Positions 28,628-38,297 of a DNA stretch of 64,000 nucleotides are shown here, piece by piece. The notes below the pieces were generated by a model that was not told the origin of the DNA, did not search any database, and was given only the letters and a program-made list of their open reading frames with translations. How positions within the stretch are numbered: position 1 is the first letter of the stretch; each line of letters starts with the position of its first letter. Source of the stretch: an uncultured Acidobacteriota bacterium (GTDB lineage: Bacteria; Actinomycetota; Acidimicrobiia; Spongiisociales; ZC4RG35); contig CAWHEU010000018.1 of assembly GCA_963828465.1 (NCBI GenBank), positions 160,001-224,000 of the forward strand, read 5' to 3'. The position numbers were made by a program, and so were the translations under genes.

Positions 28628-31600
28628 CTGCACGGTCTGCACACCGATCGGCTCGAAATCGCGGGCAACGATGTTGGTCACTCCGTCGTGGTACTCGAGT
28701 CGGCCGTGGATGACCAGCGCCGGGCTCTTGCGCACCACCTGACGATGCTTGGCCCAGACATCGGGGAGCACAATGATGTTGAGGAGCCCGGTCTCGTCTT
28801 CCAGGTTGAGGAAATAGACACCCTTGGCGGTGCCCGGCCTCTGACGATGAGTGATGACGCCGGCCACCTTGATCCTCGACCCGTTCCGCTCCATGGCTAG
28901 TGCCTCGGCCGCGGTCAGACATCCGACCATCTGGTCCCGGACGAAGCTCATCGGATGACGGTTGGAGACCCCGGTCGACCACAGATCGGCCCGATGCTCC
29001 TCCTCGGGAGCCATGATCGGCAGAGGAGGCGCATCCACCCCGGGTGACAGTGCCAGACGCTCGGGGTCGATCTCGGCCAGGGCGCCCGCCGCCCACATCC
29101 CCTCCCGGCGCCCGAGCCCGATCGACTCCAACGCGCCGGAGGCAGCGAGACCCTCCAAAGCCTCCACACCGAGCCCGGTCCTGGCTGCCAGATCCTCTCC
29201 CGAAATGAACTCCCCGCCCAGGATCCGGGCCGCCTCGACCCGTGTCACCTCTTTCTCCCCCATGTTTCGCACGTAGCGCAATCCCATCCGCACCCCGACC
29301 GGAGGCCGGATCGGGTCGTCGATCATCCCTCTCCCCCGCCGCCATCTCTCCCCCAGATAGCCCACGACGTCATCGGGATCTGCCTCGATCGGCTCGATGG
29401 TGCAGTCATGCCACGAGACGTTGACATCGGGAGCCATGACCACAACGCCATGCCGTTGGGCGTCCTGCACCAACGAATTGGGGCTGTAGAAGCCCATCGG
29501 CTGGGCGTTGAGCAGTCCGGCCAGGTACTCGGCGGGGTAATGGAAGCGAAGCCAGGCCGACATGTAGACGATGTAGGCGAAGCTCACCGAGTGGCTTTCG
29601 GGGAACCCGAAAGCGGCAAAGCCCTGGAGCTTCTCCCAGATCTCGTCGGCGGCAGCACCGACGATCCCGTTGCCCGCCATCCCTGCATACAGATCCTCAC
29701 GAAGCCGGCCCATCGCCTGCTCCGAGCGCTTGTGGGTCATCGCCTGACGGAGCCTGTCCGCCTGTCCTCCGTCGAAACCGGCGCAGACCCGGGCAAGCTC
29801 CATGAGCTGCTCCTGGAAGACGGGGACACCCAGGGTCTTCTCCAGGATCTCCTCGGTCGAGGGGTGGGGGTAGACGACAGGCTCCTCGCCGTTGCGCCGG
29901 CGCAGATAGGGATGGACCGATTGCCCCTGGATTGGGCCGGGGCGGATCAGCGCCACCTCGATCGCCAGGTCGTAGAAGGTCTTCGGCTTCATCTTGGGCA
30001 AGGTGGCCATCTGTGCCCGGGACTCGATCTGGAACAGCCCCACCGTGTCGGAACGGGTTATCGAGCGGTAGATGGCCTGTTCTTGGGGGATGGTGGACAG
30101 GTCGACGTCGATGCCGTGGGTGTCCTCGATCAGGTCGTGGGCGAGATGGAGGGCATTGAGCATCCCCAGCCCGAGCAGGTCGAACTTGACGATCCCCACT
30201 GCCGCCGAGTCGTCCTTGTCCCATTGGAGGACAGTGCGGCCCTCGAGTCTCCCCCACTCCAGGGGAACCACCTGCCACAGGGGCCGATCGGCGATCACCA
30301 TTCCCCCGGAGTGGATCCCGAGATGGCGGGGGAAGCCGTCGAGACGCCAGCAGATGTCGTAGATCATCTCGGCGGTCATCCCTTCAGGCAAAGGGCTGTC
30401 GAGACGGATCTGGGCAGGGTCCCGGGTGTCCACGTACTTGGACAGCCCGTCTACCTGGGCCTGGGTGAACCCGAAGGTCTTGGCCACATCACGGAGCACC
30501 GACCGTGCCCTGTAGGTGATCACGTTGGCCACCATCGCCGCCCGCTCCCGACCGTACTTGTGGTAGCAGAACTGGATCACCTCCTCCCGGCGATCGGCCT
30601 CGAAGTCGATGTCGATGTCGGGTGGGCGGCCCCGCTCTTCGGAGAGGAACCGCTCGAAGGGGAGATGGAGCCGGATCGGGTCGACCCGGGTCAACCCGAG
30701 ACAGCGGCATACCGCAGAGTCGGCCCCAGAGCCCCGAATCTGGCAGTAGATGTCTTGGGTGCGGGCGAAGTCCATGATGTCCTTCACCACCAAGAAGTAA
30801 CCGGGAAAGCCCAGGGACTCGATGATGTCCAGCTCGTGCTCGAGCCGGCGCCGGGCATTGGGGTCGATACCGTCTTCGCTCCCCGGGTACACGTCCCGTG
30901 CCCCTTCCCAGGTGAGATGACGCAGATACTCCATCTCGTCCCGGAAATGACCGGGCATGGGGAAATCGGGGAGATTGGGCGCCACCAGCCCGAGGTCGAA
31001 GGCGAGCCGACGGCCCAGCTCGGCACTCCTCGCCACTGCCCCGGGGTAACGGGTGAAGCGCCGGGCCATCTCGGCGGGATGTTTCAGGTATCGCTCGTCG
31101 CTGGCCGGGCGGAACCCGTCGGCGACTGCGAGGGTGCGGCGGCCTCCGATGGCGGCCAACACCTCGGACAGGTCGGCGTCTTGTGGGTCGTGATAGTGGA
31201 CCTGGTTGGTGGCAACGACGGGGAGGGAGAGCTTATGGGCCACCTCCCACATCAAGTCGTTACGAGGGTCATCCTCGGGCATGCGGTGATGCCAGAGCTC
31301 CAGATGAAGCCGGGGGCCGAACAACTCGCGGAGACGGGAGGCCTGGCGCATGGCACCGCCCAGATCCCCTCCGGCTGCAGCCTTGGGCACGGCGCCGGCA
31401 TGGCAACCGGTGAGGACATTGAGATCATGGTCGGCCGCGGCGGCGGCCAGGTCGTCCCAGTTGTAGATCGGGTGGCCCTTTTCCCCCCGCATCTGGGCTC
31501 TCGTCACCAGATTGGAGAGGGTCCGGTACCCGTTTGGGGATCCGGCGAGCAGCACCAGATGGTCGGTTTCGGGGAGATTCGTCGGCTTGGCGCCATGCGA

Positions 31601-31927
31601 GCGCACACTGCGTCCTCGACGCAGCCGCCCTTGACCGCCCTTGGCCCGGGCATGACGGTGCTCATCCCATTCCCGAGCGGCCGCCACCGGGTCACCGGGG
31701 CCGGCGGGATCGGTCTCGAGCCCGATCTCCACTCCGTAGATGGCAGGCAGCCCGGTTTCCTTTGCCGCCTGCCAGAACCTCGACACTCCGTAGAACCCGT
31801 CGTGATCGGTGACCGCCAGTGCCTCGTGGCCGAGATCGATGGCCCGTTCCACCAGGTCTTCGGGATGGGAGGCGCCATCGAGGAAGGAGAAATTGGTATG
31901 ACAGTGCAGCTCGGCGTACCCGCTCAC
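28610..31927 (-). CDS. dnaE2: error-prone DNA polymerase DnaE2
   Basis: YAELHCHTNFSFLDGASHPE, PPDIDIDFE, RHLGIHSGG, FGFPESH, RQRPGTAKG, C-terminal SRDFR. Confidence 0.96.
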   Translation of the reverse strand: MSGYAELHCHTNFSFLDGASHPEDLVERAIDLGHEALAVTDHDGFYGVSRFWQAAKETGLPAIYGVEIGLETDPAGPGDPVAAAREWDEHRHARAKGGQGRLRRGRSVRSHGAKPTNLPETDHLVLLAGSPNGYRTLSNLVTRAQMRGEKGHPIYNWDDLAAAAADHDLNVLTGCHAGAVPKAAAGGDLGGAMRQASRLRELFGPRLHLELWHHRMPEDDPRNDLMWEVAHKLSLPVVATNQVHYHDPQDADLSEVLAAIGGRRTLAVADGFRPASDERYLKHPAEMARRFTRYPGAVARSAELGRRLAFDLGLVAPNLPDFPMPGHFRDEMEYLRHLTWEGARDVYPGSEDGIDPNARRRLEHELDIIESLGFPGYFLVVKDIMDFARTQDIYCQIRGSGADSAVCRCLGLTRVDPIRLHLPFERFLSEERGRPPDIDIDFEADRREEVIQFCYHKYGRERAAMVANVITYRARSVLRDVAKTFGFTQAQVDGLSKYVDTRDPAQIRLDSPLPEGMTAEMIYDICWRLDGFPRHLGIHSGGMVIADRPLWQVVPLEWGRLEGRTVLQWDKDDSAAVGIVKFDLLGLGMLNALHLAHDLIEDTHGIDVDLSTIPQEQAIYRSITRSDTVGLFQIESRAQMATLPKMKPKTFYDLAIEVALIRPGPIQGQSVHPYLRRRNGEEPVVYPHPSTEEILEKTLGVPVFQEQLMELARVCAGFDGGQADRLRQAMTHKRSEQAMGRLREDLYAGMAGNGIVGAAADEIWEKLQGFAAFGFPESHSVSFAYIVYMSAWLRFHYPAEYLAGLLNAQPMGFYSPNSLVQDAQRHGVVVMAPDVNVSWHDCTIEPIEADPDDVVGYLGERWRRGRGMIDDPIRPPVGVRMGLRYVRNMGEKEVTRVEAARILGGEFISGEDLAARTGLGVEALEGLAASGALESIGLGRREGMWAAGALAEIDPERLALSPGVDAPPLPIMAPEEEHRADLWSTGVSNRHPMSFVRDQMVGCLTAAEALAMERNGSRIKVAGVITHRQRPGTAKGVYFLNLEDETGLLNIIVLPDVWAKHRQVVRKSPALVIHGRLEYHDGVTNIVARDFEPIGVQTVQSRDFR

Positions 31928-31940
31928 CTGCTCACTATAT

Positions 31941-31954
31941 CGAACATATGTTCG
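31941..31954. promoter_or_regulatory. LexA (SOS/Cheo) box upstream of dnaE2
   Basis: CGAACATATGTTCG, a perfect CGAAC-N4-GTTCG match. Confidence 0.92.
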
Positions 31955-32013
31955 ACTGTTCCCTCCTCGACTTAGGACTGAATGCGTCCTAGATGGGACT
32001 TACCGTCGTTCGC

Positions 32014-33156
32014 ATGACCGCGGAGATCAGTTCCTTCCGCATCGACGTCCCCCAAGAACAGCTCGATGACCTACATCGGCGACTTGACTCCACTCGCTGG
32101 CCCGACGAGGTTCCCGGCGTGGGATGGGCACAGGGCATCCCGCTCGACTACACCAGGGGACTGGCCGACTACTGGCGGACCACGTACGACTGGCGGGGCG
32201 AGGAGGCTCGGCTCAATTCGTTCCCACAGTTCCGCACCGAGATCGACGGCCACCTCCTGCATTTCATCCACGTCCGCTCGGCGGAGCCCGATGCAATGCC
32301 TTTGGTGCTCACGCACGGATGGCCCGGGTCGATCGTGGAATATCTCGACGTGATCGGGCCGCTGGCCGACCCGGTAGGGCACGGCGGCTCCGCGCAAGAC
32401 GCGTTCCACGTCGTCGTGCCGACAATCCCTGGATACGGCCTATCCGGCCCCGCCGTCGGCTGGTCGACTGCACGAGCAGCGCGGGCGTGGGCCGAGCTCA
32501 TGAGCCGCCTCGGATATGACCGTTACGTCGCGCACGGAGAAGACACCGGCGCCGCCATCTCACGCGAGTTGGCGGTTATCGATCCCGAACACGTCGCGGC
32601 GCTGCATCTGACGATGATCGCGTCGGCCACCGTCACCGCCGAAACCGCCGACCCCGACAATCCGGCCGAACAACGGGCCGTGCAGATCGCTCTCCGCACC
32701 CAGTACCAACTCGGCGCGTACGCGTTGCTGCAGGCCAGCCGCCCGCAAACGTTGTCCTACACGCTCACCGACTCACCGGTGGGGCAGTTGGCCTGGATCG
32801 TCGAACGATTCAAGGACTGGACCGACTCGACCGACGCACCCGAGGATGCCGTGGACCGCGATGCCATGCTCACCAACGTCATGATCTATTGGTTGAGCGG
32901 CACCGCCGGCTCGTCGGCCCGGTACTACTACGAAGGTGCTGCCACCTGGGGCAGACCCGAACCTGAAATCGATGTGCCCGTTGCCGTCGCGGTCATGCCC
33001 CACGATATCGGCCACCCCGTCCGCCGCATCGCCGAGCAGAACCACAACATCGTGCGCTGGACGGAATTCGACAGGGGCGGCCACTTCGCCGCCATGGAGG
33101 AACCCGACCTCATAGTCGCCGACCTGCGTGCCACCTTCCGCGATTACCGCAAGTAG
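32014..33156 (+). CDS. epoxide hydrolase family protein
   Basis: LTHGWPGS, VVPTIPGYG, DSPVGQLAWI, GGHFAAMEEP. Confidence 0.92.
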   Translation: MTAEISSFRIDVPQEQLDDLHRRLDSTRWPDEVPGVGWAQGIPLDYTRGLADYWRTTYDWRGEEARLNSFPQFRTEIDGHLLHFIHVRSAEPDAMPLVLTHGWPGSIVEYLDVIGPLADPVGHGGSAQDAFHVVVPTIPGYGLSGPAVGWSTARAARAWAELMSRLGYDRYVAHGEDTGAAISRELAVIDPEHVAALHLTMIASATVTAETADPDNPAEQRAVQIALRTQYQLGAYALLQASRPQTLSYTLTDSPVGQLAWIVERFKDWTDSTDAPEDAVDRDAMLTNVMIYWLSGTAGSSARYYYEGAATWGRPEPEIDVPVAVAVMPHDIGHPVRRIAEQNHNIVRWTEFDRGGHFAAMEEPDLIVADLRATFRDYRK

Positions 33157-33221
33157 ACAACCGGCTCGGCCGATCGACGGCGGAGGCAGGTGGTCCCAAA
33201 GCCGAGACTACGTTTCAACTC

Positions 33222-33566
33222 ATGGACACTCGATCCACCGTCATGGATTGGGACAGGGCGCTGCGCGATTCGGACTGGGCGAAGGCCCGGTTACTCCTGG
33301 CCGATGAAGCCACCTACGTCGCCTCAGACCCACCGATCAATTGCTCGAGTGCAGACGAGATCATCGATCTGATGCGGTCGTTCAAGGGCGTCAACCCCGA
33401 CATCGAGTTGATCGATCTCGAGGCGATCGGCGACCACGCCGTCGCCAGCCTCAGGCAACCAGCCTGGGATTGGCAGTGGTTTCAGCTCATCACCGTCGAC
33501 GGCGAACACATCGTTCGTCTCGAGGACTTCGTCACCCGGGAGGCGGCTCTGGCCGCCGCTGAATGA
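33222..33566 (+). CDS. NTF2/SnoaL-like protein
   Basis: LLADEATY..IVRLEDFVTREAALAA pattern. Confidence 0.6.
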   Translation: MDTRSTVMDWDRALRDSDWAKARLLLADEATYVASDPPINCSSADEIIDLMRSFKGVNPDIELIDLEAIGDHAVASLRQPAWDWQWFQLITVDGEHIVRLEDFVTREAALAAAE

Positions 33567-33666
33567 GCTCGCCCATGGCCCTCACCGAGGTCACCGTTCG
33601 ATCTGGAAACTCAGTCAGCCCGATAGACGTTCTAGACCTGGAACACACTCTCGAGGGGGATCGAAA

Positions 33667-34203
33667 ATGAGATCCTGGGCATTACTTGCGGTAGGGGTCG
33701 CTCTGTTGATGATGAGTGGTGCCTGCGCTACGGAGACCGCTACGACGACCACACTGGGAGCCACTACGTCGTCCTCTTCGTCATCGACCACGGAGGACAC
33801 CGCTATCCAGACGACGACGTCGACGACGATCGAGATCTCTACGACGACGACGACCACCACCACCACCACACAATTGCCGACGACGACGCTCCCCGCGTTT
33901 CCACCGGAGCGCGAATCGCTCGAGCATGGGGCCGACACCTGGGTAGTAGTCCTCGCCGGGTCCGGCACGCCCGACGACCCGGTGCTGGCCGAAGCGATCC
34001 TGGCGGCAGAGGAGGCCGGATATACAACCGGTGCGACAGATTGTGACGATGGTGCGCCCGAGGCGTTGGGCCAACCGGACGGAAATTCGACGGTGAGCGT
34101 CTACCTCGAGAACGAGGCCGACGCCCTTGCCGCTCTACTTGCATTCGAAGCACGCGGAGTCAGCGGGGTGGTCGCGCAGGTGCAGACCTTCTGTCTCGAC
34201 TGA
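33667..34203 (+). CDS. Thr/Ser-rich lipoprotein
   Basis: Lipobox SGAC, poly-Thr linker, C-terminal TFCLD. Confidence 0.7.
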   Translation: MRSWALLAVGVALLMMSGACATETATTTTLGATTSSSSSSTTEDTAIQTTTSTTIEISTTTTTTTTTTQLPTTTLPAFPPERESLEHGADTWVVVLAGSGTPDDPVLAEAILAAEEAGYTTGATDCDDGAPEALGQPDGNSTVSVYLENEADALAALLAFEARGVSGVVAQVQTFCLD

Positions 34204-34206
34204 GGT

Positions 34207-35076
34207 TCAGCTGCCACTCAGGGAGAAATGCATCCAGTCTTTGAGCGAGCTCCAATGCCCTCCCCAACCCCAGCCGATCTCGGCGAAGGACTCCGTTGCG
34301 ACATCGCCTGGGACAATCATCCCGACCCGCACGTCCTCCCGGTCGACATAGGCCGACGCCAGTTCCGGTAGAACAAGGTCGCCTTTCAGATAGGGATTGT
34401 GGAACGGATTGATGTCGATGCCGGTCCCATATGCATGCTGCGACCACGACGTCGAACCCACGGCAGGGCGGCACACGAATGACGTCGTGTCGTTCCAGTC
34501 CCCTGTCGGGTGGGCATCTATCTCTTCCTTGGTGATGACCCGCATCTGCTCGATTGGGAACCGCGCCTCGTGAAGTCTCCGGAAGATCTCGACCACCTGT
34601 TCCGCGACGGCGGCGTTCACGATCATCTCCCCCGTGTGGAAACGCTGGTCGAATCCAAAGTGTGACATCGTCAGATAGGAAAGCTCGTCGAGGGTCACTG
34701 GGCACTCCGGAACCCAACTGGAGCGGGCCAGGACATCGGGTGGGATCGTGTCGATCGTCGAGTGAAAGCCCTCGTCGGCCGGCGGCGGGAGAACGTCGAG
34801 CGTCTCGAACTGCCTGTCCTGCATCTCCGGGGGAGTCGGCTGCACCACCCCAAACTCGTCGGGCCGAAGAGGCAGGAGCCTGGTGCCCATCCAGTCGGGG
34901 CGGGCATAGGGGTTGATGGTGGTGGTCGTAGCCATCGTGGTAGTCGTTGGGACGGTCGTCGTCGTGGTTGGCACCGTGGTTGTGGTCGTGGGGACGATCG
35001 ACGTGATGGAGACAGCGGTGGAGGTGGGTGCACACCCGGCCACGAGGACCAGGACGGCAACTAAGCCCCGTCGCAT
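34207..35076 (-). CDS. M15 family metallopeptidase lipoprotein
   Basis: LVAGC lipobox; SQHAYGTGIDINP..NPY; DWMHF. Confidence 0.88.
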   Translation of the reverse strand: MRRGLVAVLVLVAGCAPTSTAVSITSIVPTTTTTVPTTTTTVPTTTTMATTTTINPYARPDWMGTRLLPLRPDEFGVVQPTPPEMQDRQFETLDVLPPPADEGFHSTIDTIPPDVLARSSWVPECPVTLDELSYLTMSHFGFDQRFHTGEMIVNAAVAEQVVEIFRRLHEARFPIEQMRVITKEEIDAHPTGDWNDTTSFVCRPAVGSTSWSQHAYGTGIDINPFHNPYLKGDLVLPELASAYVDREDVRVGMIVPGDVATESFAEIGWGWGGHWSSLKDWMHFSLSGS

Positions 35077-35130
35077 GGCGTCGACGGTAACCGGGCCGGG
35101 GCGCAATCGATGGAGACGTAGGATTGGCCG

Positions 35131-35550
35131 ATGACTGCGGTCAGCCAGGCTGTTCGGGACTTTCTCGCCACCGGCCCTCTGGGTCACGTGGTGACACTGA
35201 ATCCAGACGGCACACCCCACATCACGCTGGCCTGGGTTGGCGTGGATGGTGACGAGCTGGTCTGGTCCACATTCTTCGATCAGCACAAGCTCGAATCGTT
35301 GCGAGCCGACCCCCGGATCACGATTTCCTTCCAGGCCAACGAGCACAGCGGCGAAGGGCTACATCCATACCTGGTAGCCAACGGCACCGCCCGGATCACC
35401 GAGGGTGGGGCGATGCACGTGATGGACCGGCTGGCGGAGGCGTACATCGGGCCGGGGGCCGTGTTCCCCAATCGGGACATGCCCGACGGTTTCACCATTC
35501 ATGTCGAAGTGGAGCGGATCTACGGCCTAGGCCCCTGGGCGCAGCGGTAG
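35131..35550 (+). CDS. PPOX-class F420-dependent oxidoreductase
   Basis: VVTLNPDGTPHITLAW, K..LRADPRITIS. Confidence 0.85.
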   Translation: MTAVSQAVRDFLATGPLGHVVTLNPDGTPHITLAWVGVDGDELVWSTFFDQHKLESLRADPRITISFQANEHSGEGLHPYLVANGTARITEGGAMHVMDRLAEAYIGPGAVFPNRDMPDGFTIHVEVERIYGLGPWAQR

Positions 35551-35572
35551 TTTCCGGACGAGGAGGAACCGC

Positions 35573-35797
35573 ATGTCATCCATCACCAAAACCATCAGGT
35601 TGTCGGGCCAGGCCGCCGACTCGATCGAGGATGCCGTCAGGACAGTCCTGGCCCGGGCAGCCTCGACCATCTCGGACATCCAGAACTTCAGGATCGTGGA
35701 GGTCGGAGGCTCGGTAGACGACTCAGGGGTTCCTACCCAGTTCAGCGTGACCCTCGACATCACCTTCGGGATCAAGGACCCGGTCGAGCATGGCTGA
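35573..35797 (+). CDS. dodecin family protein
   Basis: KTIRLSGQAADSIEDAV..RAASTI..FSVTLDITF; GAGGAGG RBS. Confidence 0.8.
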   Translation: MSSITKTIRLSGQAADSIEDAVRTVLARAASTISDIQNFRIVEVGGSVDDSGVPTQFSVTLDITFGIKDPVEHG

Positions 35798-36281
35798 TCC
35801 AATTCTCACCGATCATGAGATCAAATCCCTGGAGCGACAGTCGAGTCTGGCCGTGCGGGTTCGAGTGCCTATGGATCAGCTCGACCTTGGGGCGCTATTC
35901 GCCGCCCATCTCCCCCGACTCCATGCCGTTGCCGCCGACGGCGGCCCACCGTATGGCAGGTACCACGAGTTCGGCCCAACCCAGGCCGATATCGAGATCG
36001 GAATCCCCGTCGGCGCCATCTCGCCCGATCTCCCTGATCTCGGGGGCGGTGAGCACCCGATAGAGCCATCCGAGCTCCCGGGCGGGCCGACAGCCGTTGC
36101 CATCCATCACGGGAGCTACGAGACTCTCGGTCCCGCCTACGACCGGCTCCACGATTGGATTCATTCTCAGGGTCACGAGGAAGGCCCCGGGCCGTGGGAG
36201 TCGTATCTCGACCTTCCCGATCAGGTGGAAGACGAAGCAAGCCTTCGGACGGTGTTGCACTGGCCTCTCCTGGAGGCATGA
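35790..36281 (+). CDS. GyrI-like domain protein
   Basis: LPGGPTAVAIHHGSYETL..AYDRLHDWI..PWESYL. Confidence 0.85.
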   Translation: MADPILTDHEIKSLERQSSLAVRVRVPMDQLDLGALFAAHLPRLHAVAADGGPPYGRYHEFGPTQADIEIGIPVGAISPDLPDLGGGEHPIEPSELPGGPTAVAIHHGSYETLGPAYDRLHDWIHSQGHEEGPGPWESYLDLPDQVEDEASLRTVLHWPLLEA

Positions 36282-36300
36282 CCGCGCCGAGGCGCTGCAT

Positions 36301-37287
36301 ATGAATGTCCCCATCCCCGAGCCCGCGTCACTGGGCCACGGGATCCACCTGATCCCGGCACCACTTCCCTTCAAGAGCCCGGCCTGGGTCAACACCTACG
36401 CCATCGAGGCAGACGGGGGAATCCTCCTCCTCGACTGCGGGACGGATTGGGAGCCGGGACGGCAAGCAATTCGTGATGGATTCCGCCGGCTCGGTCTGGA
36501 CGAGTCGGCAGTGCACACGCTGGTCGTATCACATCTCCACCTCGATCATGTCGGCATGTCGGCTCGACTGGTCAAGGAGTTGGGCTGCAGGTTCGTGATG
36601 CACGAGAGGGCCGCCAAACTGGTCGATCGGTACAACGACACACCGGGGTACGTCGATCGCCTCCTTCGCATCGGCCGCACTCATGGTGTCCCTTCTCGTG
36701 TGCTGGGCTCGGTTACCGGCGACCTGGCCACCCGCCCCGAGTACATGCCGCTCATCGATCCTCCCGATCACACGGTGGCCGATGGTGAGCGAATCGATAT
36801 CGGCGACGGACGCTCGCTCGAGGTGATTCATACGCCCGGGCACGAGCCTGCCCATATATGCCTGCGAGACTCGAGGACTGGGATCCTTTTCTCCGGTGAC
36901 CACGTGTTGCCCCGCATCTCCCCGGTGATCATGTGGGACGAAGACCTCGGCGACCCTCTCGGCAGCTATCTGGCATCTCTCCAAAAGCTCCTCGGTATGA
37001 ATCCCGGCATCACCTACCCGGCACATGGCACTCTGATCGACCGCGGCGACGAGAGGGCACGACAGATCCTTCTCCATCACGATCGCCGGCTTCTCGACAT
37101 GGCCGAGTTGGTCCGATCAGCCGACACCACGGCGTGGGAGGTGATGCTCAAGTCCTTCCGCCCCAATCTGACCCCGTTAGAAGCGAGGCTGGCTTTCTTG
37201 GAGACCGTCTCCCACCTCGAGCATCTGAGGTTGACGGGGAGACTCCAGACCGACCAGCGCGACGGGACCGTGGTCTTCCGCCGCTGA
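36301..37287 (+). CDS. MBL fold metallo-hydrolase
   Basis: SHLHLDHVG, HTPGH, FSGDHVLP, PAHG. Confidence 0.9.
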   Translation: MNVPIPEPASLGHGIHLIPAPLPFKSPAWVNTYAIEADGGILLLDCGTDWEPGRQAIRDGFRRLGLDESAVHTLVVSHLHLDHVGMSARLVKELGCRFVMHERAAKLVDRYNDTPGYVDRLLRIGRTHGVPSRVLGSVTGDLATRPEYMPLIDPPDHTVADGERIDIGDGRSLEVIHTPGHEPAHICLRDSRTGILFSGDHVLPRISPVIMWDEDLGDPLGSYLASLQKLLGMNPGITYPAHGTLIDRGDERARQILLHHDRRLLDMAELVRSADTTAWEVMLKSFRPNLTPLEARLAFLETVSHLEHLRLTGRLQTDQRDGTVVFRR

Positions 37288-37342
37288 GGGTTTCTCGCTT
37301 CAACTCGACGGGTAAATCAGGTCAACGACAACGGAGGAATGC

Positions 37343-37507
37343 ATGCCCGTACACCGCGGCAAGGACGGCAAGGGCCCCTTCTACTAGTGGGGCGACTCAG
37401 GCAAGAAGTACCACTATCAGGCCGGGGAGAAGAGGAGCCGAGAGTCCGCCAAGCAAAAGGCAACGAAGCAGGGTCAGGCGGCCAGGGCCTCTGGCTACAA
37501 GGGCTGA
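37343..37507 (+). pseudogene. small basic protein interrupted by an in-frame TAG at codon 15
   Basis: GGAGGA RBS; MPVHRGKDGKGPFY*WGDSGKKYHYQAGEKRSRESAKQKATKQGQAARASGYKG. Confidence 0.6.
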
Positions 37508-37513
37508 GCATTT

Positions 37514-37560
37514 TCTCCCCCTGAAGGGGGGAGTACCGGCGGAGCCGGGGAGGGGGGAGA
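37514..37560. repeat. REP-like palindromic element between convergent genes
   Basis: ctccccctgaaggggggag hairpin followed by ccggcggagccgg and ggaggggggag. Confidence 0.45.
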
Positions 37561-37561
37561 T

Positions 37562-38296
37562 TCATCCCTCGAGCAGGTGGACGCCGTAAGCAACCACGAA
37601 ACCGACAACCGTCAAGACGCCTACGGGCCTGCCCGCGTGCTCGTATGCCTCGGGCATCATCGACATGGCGAGCATAGTGAGCACCGCGCCGCCAGAGAAG
37701 GCGTAGACGAACGAGATGACGTCGGTCGACGCGCCATCGAGGAGCAGATAGCCGGCCGCAGCGGCGAGGCCACAAGCCAGGACTACGGCTCCCCAGATCT
37801 CCAGAACCAACGAGCGCCTCCAGCCACCTTCGATCAGAGTCGTCGTCGCGGCGATCCCCTCCGGAAGGTTGGAGATGAAGACCGCCACCAACATCGCGAC
37901 ACCGATCTCGTTGGTCTGGAGCAGCGTCAGGCCGAGCACCGCGGTCTCCGGCACCCCGTCCAGCAGTGCACCGAGGAGGATCGACAGACCGGCTCCCTCT
38001 TCCGCGTTCGGCATCACGTTGCCCTGACGTCGTCGCTGGAATCGCCCGATGAGCATGTCGCCGAGGGTGAAGGCCGCTGCTCCGGCGAAAATGCCAAGGA
38101 CGACCGCCCAGGGGCCGCCGCCAACCTCGGTCGCCTCGCCTATCAGTTCGTACGCAACGGCGCTGAGCAGGACACCGGCCCCGAAGGCCATGATCAGGCC
38201 CAAGGTTCGGCGGTGTGGTGGGCGGCCCAACGCCACCAGGGCGCCGATCAGAAGCGAACTGGCCGCAAACAGACCCCAGAGAAATGCCTCGGTCAC
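37562..38296 (-). CDS. ZIP family metal transporter
   Basis: MAFGAGVLLSAVAYELI, LDGVPE, FISNLPEG, MMPEAYE. Confidence 0.85.
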   Translation of the reverse strand: MTEAFLWGLFAASSLLIGALVALGRPPHRRTLGLIMAFGAGVLLSAVAYELIGEATEVGGGPWAVVLGIFAGAAAFTLGDMLIGRFQRRRQGNVMPNAEEGAGLSILLGALLDGVPETAVLGLTLLQTNEIGVAMLVAVFISNLPEGIAATTTLIEGGWRRSLVLEIWGAVVLACGLAAAAGYLLLDGASTDVISFVYAFSGGAVLTMLAMSMMPEAYEHAGRPVGVLTVVGFVVAYGVHLLEG

Positions 38297-38297
38297 G

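Noticed and set aside
29408-31975. 855-aa plus-strand ORF and similar long antisense ORFs (for example 3945-5276, 39435-40718)
   Set aside because: Shadow ORFs opposite well-supported genes, expected from high-GC codon bias.
33740-33890. acg/acc triplet runs (also near 34915-35000)
   Set aside because: They encode ordinary Thr-rich lipoprotein linkers.
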